Source: Nanobdellota archaeon (GTDB lineage Archaea > Nanobdellota > Nanobdellia > Parvarchaeales > Parvarchaeaceae). From it: a stretch of 48,187 bases of DNA. Location: positions 1 through 48,187 of the forward strand of contig JAJZXE010000004.1 in NCBI GenBank assembly GCA_021802505.1. The letters are read 5' to 3'. Position numbers and translations under genes: made by a program. The notes under the pieces were generated by a model that was not told the origin of the DNA, did no database searches, and saw only the letters and a program-made list of their open reading frames with translations. Position 1 is the first letter of the stretch. Every line of letters begins with the position of its first letter. This document shows positions 42,612 through 48,187 of this stretch, in pieces.

Positions 42612-44072
42612 ATGGCTCAGAAAAAAACTAGTTTTTCTGCAGCTACAATAGCCGTCGTTGTTGTAGTTGCTGTTATATTTTTCTTCGTAGGCTATCTCTC
42701 TCACACAACTGTTTCCACAAGTGTAGTACCTCCTTCAAATGTTTCTTCGGTGTTTTCCGCTTCTCCAACAATAGGCGTGTATCAGGGTCCTAGCGGCCTT
42801 AATAATACTGAACATTTGATAGGCGGGGATGTATTTGCGATTCCAAAAGGTGCAACTAACTTAAATGCGATTGATACCGTAATATCATTCTTCTTGTCTA
42901 CTCAGGCGCAGGTTCAACTTGAAAAACTGGGGTGGCCTCCAATAGATACGGGAGCTTATGCCGCTAATCCGGTAAACACTACTCTTCCGACATACAATGG
43001 TCCAGCAGTAACGGTTACCATGTATGATGACTTGGGAGCTAGTTCATCCGCCACCTACATAATGAAAAGTGTATTAATTCCTGAATTTGAATCTATTTAC
43101 CCTAATATAAAAATCAATTGGGTGCAGCTTAGGCCGGATCAGATCACAACTGATGTGGAAGCACTGGTCCAAAGCGGTACTGTCGGCGCTACAGTCATTG
43201 CCCAGGACAATTTGGCAATAGGAGAACTATTCTATCCCGGTTATTTAGATAATATTACAAATGCAAGTTTGCTTCTGCCGAGTGATTTGATATCTTCCAT
43301 GGTAGGGCTTGTAAGTTATGAAAAGCAGACTTATCACGGGGTATACTTCCTCCCTTACAGGGCAAATCTGGCGTTAGTCTGGTATAACCCTGCTGCGTTG
43401 GCAAAAGTCGGATTTACAACTCCTCCTCAAAATTGGACACAGTTACTTGCATTGGGTAAAGCACTTACTTCTGCAGGATTGGGCGGAATAAGTATGCAGG
43501 GCCACGGAGGCGCCAGTACTTCTACTGAGATGTTTCAATGGATGGTACAGGCTGGAGGTAATCCTCTGGTTTTGAATGACAGCGGAGACGTTGCTGCCTA
43601 TTATTACATGTACAACTTAAGTAAGTATTTCTCTCCAGCTTACACGCATGATTACTGGGCATCATATAAAGGACTTAATAACAATGAATATAATTACTTT
43701 GATTATCAGTGGCCGGGATCACTTCCGAATTATGAATCAATAGCAACATCTGGAACAGTTGTATACAACACTAGCAATGCTACTTACACCAATACAACTG
43801 CTACAAAAAATTCAATATTGGCGGCTTTTAACCAGGGTGCGTTCTTCAGGCCGCCGGTTGCGTGGATAACAGAATGGGATGCATTGGCAGATGATGCCTT
43901 CACCAAAATAGTCACTGAAAACTGTGTTTCCTCAACATGTACCGCTGGCAGCATACAGACTATTTTGAACAGCGAGAATCTTGCTATGTACAATTACCTG
44001 GTAAGCAATTATAATACTACCTACGCTAATCAGTATGAAAGTGGTTACTTCACTCCGCTGAAAGCCGCTTAA
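42612..44072 (+). CDS. ABC transporter solute-binding protein (sugar type, family 1), membrane-anchored
   Basis: N-terminal TM helix. SBP-like segments: VTVTMYDD...FESIYPNIKINW, YFLPYRANLALVWYNPAAL...PPQNWTQLLALGKAL, and FQWMVQAGG. Followed by two permease genes and an ATPase gene. Confidence 0.8.
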   Translation: MAQKKTSFSAATIAVVVVVAVIFFFVGYLSHTTVSTSVVPPSNVSSVFSASPTIGVYQGPSGLNNTEHLIGGDVFAIPKGATNLNAIDTVISFFLSTQAQVQLEKLGWPPIDTGAYAANPVNTTLPTYNGPAVTVTMYDDLGASSSATYIMKSVLIPEFESIYPNIKINWVQLRPDQITTDVEALVQSGTVGATVIAQDNLAIGELFYPGYLDNITNASLLLPSDLISSMVGLVSYEKQTYHGVYFLPYRANLALVWYNPAALAKVGFTTPPQNWTQLLALGKALTSAGLGGISMQGHGGASTSTEMFQWMVQAGGNPLVLNDSGDVAAYYYMYNLSKYFSPAYTHDYWASYKGLNNNEYNYFDYQWPGSLPNYESIATSGTVVYNTSNATYTNTTATKNSILAAFNQGAFFRPPVAWITEWDALADDAFTKIVTENCVSSTCTAGSIQTILNSENLAMYNYLVSNYNTTYANQYESGYFTPLKAA

Positions 44073-44108
44073 ATCTTTTTTATATAATTAGGTTTTAAAT
44101 TATCTTAT

Positions 44109-44966
44109 ATGAGATTCAGAATAAAACGTAAATATTTACCGGTATTATTGATTTTGCCCCTGATATTTTATCTCGTCGGGATCTCTTTTTATCCCGCATT
44201 ATCGGGCATTTTCCAGAGTTTTCATTCACCCTCTACCGGAAAATTGACCCTGGAAAATTTTACTGCTTTAGGCCATTATGGAATTATTTCAGCCATAATT
44301 AACACCTTTATATTGACTGCCGGAGCACTGGCTATCGAATTTACTTTAGGGTTTATAATAGCTACGTTACTGACGAAAACTTTAAGGGGCAAGGCGATAT
44401 TTTCTACCATATATATTATACCATTCGGGATAGCGACCGTCGTTTCAGCCTATACTTTTTCTCTTATATTTCCAGCTGTGGGCGGTTATGCAAACTCTTT
44501 TTTAGCCTTATTCGGGATACACGCCATAAACTGGTATGCTAATACCTACATGACGCTTTTTACGACAATGCTTGCGGATTCATGGAAGACCGTTCCGATC
44601 ATAGCACTGATACTGTTCGCAGGTATGAGTCAGATCCCGCCGGAAATTTACAGCGCCGCGGCGGTGGATGGTGCGGGCCCCATCCGGAGATTTTTCAGCA
44701 TAACTCTACCGAATATAGCGGATTTCGTTACGATTGCTTTAATAGTCAGGGGTATAGCGGAATTTAACATATTTGCCCTACCTTTGATTCTGTTCGGCTA
44801 TAATCCGCCGCTGCTTACCACGTTGACTTATGAATTTTATTCCACCAGCGCTACTTTGTATTATTCGCTTTCCTCTGCGACTATACTGTTTGCATTCGTT
44901 TTAGGTTTTGCCCTGATTGTAGTGTTCAGAAAGAAACTTGTCGGGGCCTATGAATTAACCGATTAA
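44109..44966 (+). CDS. ABC sugar transporter permease (MalF/UgpA-like)
   Basis: Six-TM pattern with an EAA-like loop: SAAAVDGAGPIRRFFSITLPN. Confidence 0.9.
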   Translation: MRFRIKRKYLPVLLILPLIFYLVGISFYPALSGIFQSFHSPSTGKLTLENFTALGHYGIISAIINTFILTAGALAIEFTLGFIIATLLTKTLRGKAIFSTIYIIPFGIATVVSAYTFSLIFPAVGGYANSFLALFGIHAINWYANTYMTLFTTMLADSWKTVPIIALILFAGMSQIPPEIYSAAAVDGAGPIRRFFSITLPNIADFVTIALIVRGIAEFNIFALPLILFGYNPPLLTTLTYEFYSTSATLYYSLSSATILFAFVLGFALIVVFRKKLVGAYELTD

Positions 44967-44971
44967 ATGCC

Positions 44972-45802
44972 ATGGAAATAAAAACTATCAACAAAATTAA
45001 AAAAATCGTTTTGTATGCGGTTGCAATACTCGTAGCCATACTCTTTATTTATCCGTTATATATCCTGCTACTCGTTTCGTTTTCTCCGACAACTGTCACT
45101 CTTGATAAGCTTTTACCTTCTCAATTGCCGGTGAAATTGACCCTTAATAATTTCATAAGCGCATTAACCCAGTATAATTTTGTTGGGCCTTTGTTCAAAA
45201 GTCTGGAAGTGGCTTTTATGGTGGGGGCTATAACCCTTGCGATAGCCATACCGGCAGCATACGGCTTAAGCAAACTGAATAGGAGAACCGGCAATCTTAT
45301 AATGGTTTTCCTGTTCATAGCCAATTTAGTCCCCGCGCTTATAATAGCAATACCCATATCGGTCGAGTTTATAAAGGCGGGAATGTTTGACAGCCCTCTG
45401 GCGCTGGCGCTTGCCCAGTCGCTGTTTACCCTGCCACTTGCTACATTTATATTGCTTGGCTCCTTCAGGACGATACCCAAGGATTTGGAAAACCAGGCAA
45501 GAGTCGACGGGATGGGCTTATTTAGAACCATATACACAATGTTGGTGCCCATGGCTAAAGCGGGCGTGGCTGCGGCGTTTTTACTCTCATGGCTGACTTC
45601 CTGGGACGAATTTACATTTGCCGTAATCTTATCCCCATTGAAACCCACTCTGCCGGTTATAGTTTATATAAACATAACGGAAGGAAGTCTGATACAGGCC
45701 GCCGCATTTGCCGCCGTAGTTTCAATACCGGTAATTATTTTAACTATAGTACTGCAGAAATACATAAGGGGGATATATCTTACTGGAGGCATAACCGGAT
45801 GA
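44972..45802 (+). CDS. ABC sugar transporter permease (MalG/UgpE-like)
   Basis: EAA-like loop: LENQARVDGMGLFRTIYTMLVPM. Confidence 0.9.
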   Translation: MEIKTINKIKKIVLYAVAILVAILFIYPLYILLLVSFSPTTVTLDKLLPSQLPVKLTLNNFISALTQYNFVGPLFKSLEVAFMVGAITLAIAIPAAYGLSKLNRRTGNLIMVFLFIANLVPALIIAIPISVEFIKAGMFDSPLALALAQSLFTLPLATFILLGSFRTIPKDLENQARVDGMGLFRTIYTMLVPMAKAGVAAAFLLSWLTSWDEFTFAVILSPLKPTLPVIVYINITEGSLIQAAAFAAVVSIPVIILTIVLQKYIRGIYLTGGITG

Positions 45803-46785
45803 CACAGAAGAAAATAAAATTGGAATTAAAGGGCATAACAAAATTTTTCGGCAAAAAAGCGGTTATAGATCATCTAGATCTTAAAGTATACGAAGGGGAG
45901 CTGTTTGCCATTTTAGGCCCGTCCGGGACCGGAAAAAGTACGCTCTTAAAGATAATCGTGGGAATAGAAGAGCCGGATTCGGGTTCGGTATTTTTAGACG
46001 GAAAAGACATAACGAATTTACCCCCGAATAAAAGAAACATCGCAATGGTTTTTCAAAGCTTCGCCCTGTATCCAAATATGGATGTATACCGCAATATCGC
46101 CTTTCCGCTTAAAATTGCAAGGTTTAACAAAGCTGATATAGATAAAAAAGTAAGGTCTGCTGCAAAGCTGCTTGGAATATCCGAAGTTCTTTCATCTTCC
46201 GTTTCAAAGATAAGCGGCGGCCAGAAACAGAGGGTTGCTCTGGCGCGTGCACTGGTCCGCGATCCCTCAATGTTCCTTCTCGATGAGCCTTTTTCCAACC
46301 TGGATGCGAGGGTCAGGTTCACCGCAAGAGAGGAGCTTAAAAGACTGCAAAAAAAACTCAATAGCACGTTTATTTATGTTACGCATGACCAGCGGGAAAC
46401 CTCCAACATAACCAGCAGGGTAGGCGTATTAAATGACGGTAAATTCCAGCAGATAGACTCCTTTGATAATCTTTATAATTTTCCCCAAAACAAATGGGTG
46501 GGGGATTTTATAGGCAATTTCCCGATGAGTTTTATAAAGAAAAGCGATTCAATCAGCTGGGGTTTCAGGCCGGAATGGGCATCCATACACAGGGGAAATT
46601 TAAGTGCAAAGCTTGTTACTAATGAATTGGCGGGAGATATAAATTACTGGCTGTGCGAGACAAAGGAAGGCAGTATGATAGTGCTGCGCGGCAATAAACC
46701 GAGAGAAGTCGGGTCAAAAATTTCGTTTAAACTTAACAAGTATAATATATACAAAAATGGTGTTTTTTTAAAACAAGGCAGATGA
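45799..46785 (+). CDS. ABC sugar transporter ATP-binding protein (MalK/UgpC-like)
   Basis: Walker A GPSGTGKST, signature ISGGQKQR, Walker B FLLDEP. ATG 45799 forms an ATGA overlap with the permease stop. The longer ORF-track start at 45589 lies inside the permease gene. Confidence 0.9.
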   Translation: MTQKKIKLELKGITKFFGKKAVIDHLDLKVYEGELFAILGPSGTGKSTLLKIIVGIEEPDSGSVFLDGKDITNLPPNKRNIAMVFQSFALYPNMDVYRNIAFPLKIARFNKADIDKKVRSAAKLLGISEVLSSSVSKISGGQKQRVALARALVRDPSMFLLDEPFSNLDARVRFTAREELKRLQKKLNSTFIYVTHDQRETSNITSRVGVLNDGKFQQIDSFDNLYNFPQNKWVGDFIGNFPMSFIKKSDSISWGFRPEWASIHRGNLSAKLVTNELAGDINYWLCETKEGSMIVLRGNKPREVGSKISFKLNKYNIYKNGVFLKQGR

Positions 46786-46792
46786 ATATTGT

Positions 46793-47677
46793 TCATTGGT
46801 AACGGCTGGTGATCCATTTTGCCAGTTCGGCCGCCACCCTTTTTTCTTTATTCAGGTATACGTGGTTTGCACCCCTAAAGACCTTGTATGTAAAATCGTT
46901 GCATCTTTCTGCCTTCTCATGTAATATCTCCAGGGCTTTTTCAGAATTCATCGTTGTTGCCTCGTTTACATCGCCAAAAAACGCGAATATCGGTATACCT
47001 ATCTCCCCCAGAACAGATTTTTTATCCGGAGAGTAGGTACTGAATATATCTGCGGGGCCGTTTTCGCGTCCTAGCTGTTCCATGGTTCTTTTTGATACCA
47101 CCTGAAGAGAATCACTGCTGTTCATTAACAGCAGGTTGCCAGTTAACTTGACGGGCTTTTTTCTCTTTAAAATTAATCCTACTATATCTGGAGGCGATGC
47201 GAGTATCAGTCCGTTTACGCGCTTGTCTTTTATTTTATGTAAATAATATACGCACTTGACTGCCCCCAGACTATGTCCCTGTAATATTATGTTTTTGTAT
47301 TTTAACTCCGCAGCAAAGTTAATCCACGCCTTTATATCATGTATGCAGTCTTCAAAGTTTTCATATGCATATCCTATCGTTTTTGATTTTAATTTTCCGG
47401 CCCGTTTTATCTCCGCTATAAAATCATGTCCCCTGTTGTTTACCGGCATGAAATCTATGCTTTGATCCGTATAACCGGATGCCATCGCTTTAATAAAATC
47501 ATTTGCATAGAAATTTCCCGCGGTCCCGTGGATATTTATTACAATTGTATCCGATTTATTTTCTGATTTATATAAAAGTCCGTCCATAACAAGCCTATCA
47601 TCCGTAACAGTCCTGATTTTTTGTGTCCGCATATCATTATTTGAAGATTTTATATTATATTTTTTAAAGCGCTCCAT
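46793..47677 (-). CDS. alpha/beta-fold hydrolase
   Basis: Nucleophile elbow GHSLGA and a HGTAGN oxyanion region. 294 aa. Confidence 0.75.
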   Translation of the reverse strand: MERFKKYNIKSSNNDMRTQKIRTVTDDRLVMDGLLYKSENKSDTIVINIHGTAGNFYANDFIKAMASGYTDQSIDFMPVNNRGHDFIAEIKRAGKLKSKTIGYAYENFEDCIHDIKAWINFAAELKYKNIILQGHSLGAVKCVYYLHKIKDKRVNGLILASPPDIVGLILKRKKPVKLTGNLLLMNSSDSLQVVSKRTMEQLGRENGPADIFSTYSPDKKSVLGEIGIPIFAFFGDVNEATTMNSEKALEILHEKAERCNDFTYKVFRGANHVYLNKEKRVAAELAKWITSRYQ

Positions 47678-48187
47678 TAAATTTCGAGGTGTACATAATT
47701 ACATGGTCTACTACGTCAAATACCCCCAATTTTCGTGTGTGTTCCGGATCTATGGCCTCTATCACTATTTTCCATTCCTTTTTACTATAATCCGGTACAG
47801 GCGTGCAGTAAGTGTGTATCGGGCACTCGGGATTTTCATATTTTGATCCGATCTTCCATTTCTGCGAAAATAGCGTATTAAAATTCATTTTTTTAAGATC
47901 TATCTCAAATCCGCAGACTCTGTCGGAGGCAGTCAGCCCGTTTTTAAAGAAATTCCCCGATGAACCCAAAAAAATTATTTTGTTGCCAAATTCGAATATT
48001 TTTCCGTCTATTGCAAAAATCGGCGGCTGGTTTTTTCCGTTTATCTTAGGAATACCCCAGTATTTCCATTTTATTCCGTCTTTACTTGAGAACAGCGCGG
48101 CGTACAGCTGCTTTTTTGCGTCTATATACGCCTTGCATATTCCGATATATGATCCGTTTATATAACTTATGTTAAAATCCTTCGCGG
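47664..48187 (-). CDS. hypothetical protein with Asp-box (BNR-like) motif, 5' end outside the window
   Basis: The minus-strand frame stays open from 47969 to the window edge (hand-translated: ...LFSSKDGIKWKYWGIP...). SSKDGIKW fits SxDxGxxW. 14-nt overlap with the downstream hydrolase gene. Confidence 0.4.
   Translation of the reverse strand, partial: AKDFNISYINGSYIGICKAYIDAKKQLYAALFSSKDGIKWKYWGIPKINGKNQPPIFAIDGKIFEFGNKIIFLGSSGNFFKNGLTASDRVCGFEIDLKKMNFNTLFSQKWKIGSKYENPECPIHTYCTPVPDYSKKEWKIVIEAIDPEHTRKLGVFDVVDHVIMYTSKFNGAL

Noticed and set aside
45589-45798. N-terminal 70-aa extension of the ABC ATPase ORF given by the ORF track
   Set aside because: The extension lies inside the MalG-like permease gene in another frame. 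ATG 45799 gives a canonical MalK-like N-terminus (MTQKKIKLELKGITKFFG) and an ATGA stop/start overlap.

Overview
AT-rich archaeal chromosomal segment. Hand counts give about 33% G+C in typical 60-nt lines. By inference the gene content fits a Thermoplasmata/Thermoplasmatales-like acidophile. Housekeeping content: GatD/GatE, two FtsZ paralogs, an eS6 / aIF2-gamma / PIN / Alba / FKBP cluster, SecE, ThrRS, CTP synthase, a PMA-type P-type ATPase, a chlorite-dismutase-like protein, a Dph2-like protein, and three tRNAs (Ser-GGA, Val-TAC, Lys-CTT). There is also a GH15 gene and a sugar ABC-transporter locus, separated by an IS element. No CRISPR array and no rRNA were seen. Most interesting observations: (1) a four-gene operon (611-3569) that joins two KaiC/RecA-like modules with degenerate Walker A loops to an MglA/CvnD-type small GTPase and a Roadblock/LC7 protein; (2) an unannotated 22-codon ORF encoding MAEEEKEEKCGCGCGCNCGCSD (36859-36927), which has its own TATA box and sits next to a DUF1059-type small metal-binding protein gene; (3) a roughly 1.4-kb, roughly 50% G+C segment abutting the 3' end of tRNA-Val that looks like a decayed integrated element; (4) several divergent translation-related proteins: aIF2-gamma with GNFADGKT/TKID motifs, an EF-Tu-like pseudo-GTPase, an N-terminally short Dph2, and a SecE with a long N-terminal extension. 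All family assignments come from motif recognition by eye and need HMM or BLAST confirmation.
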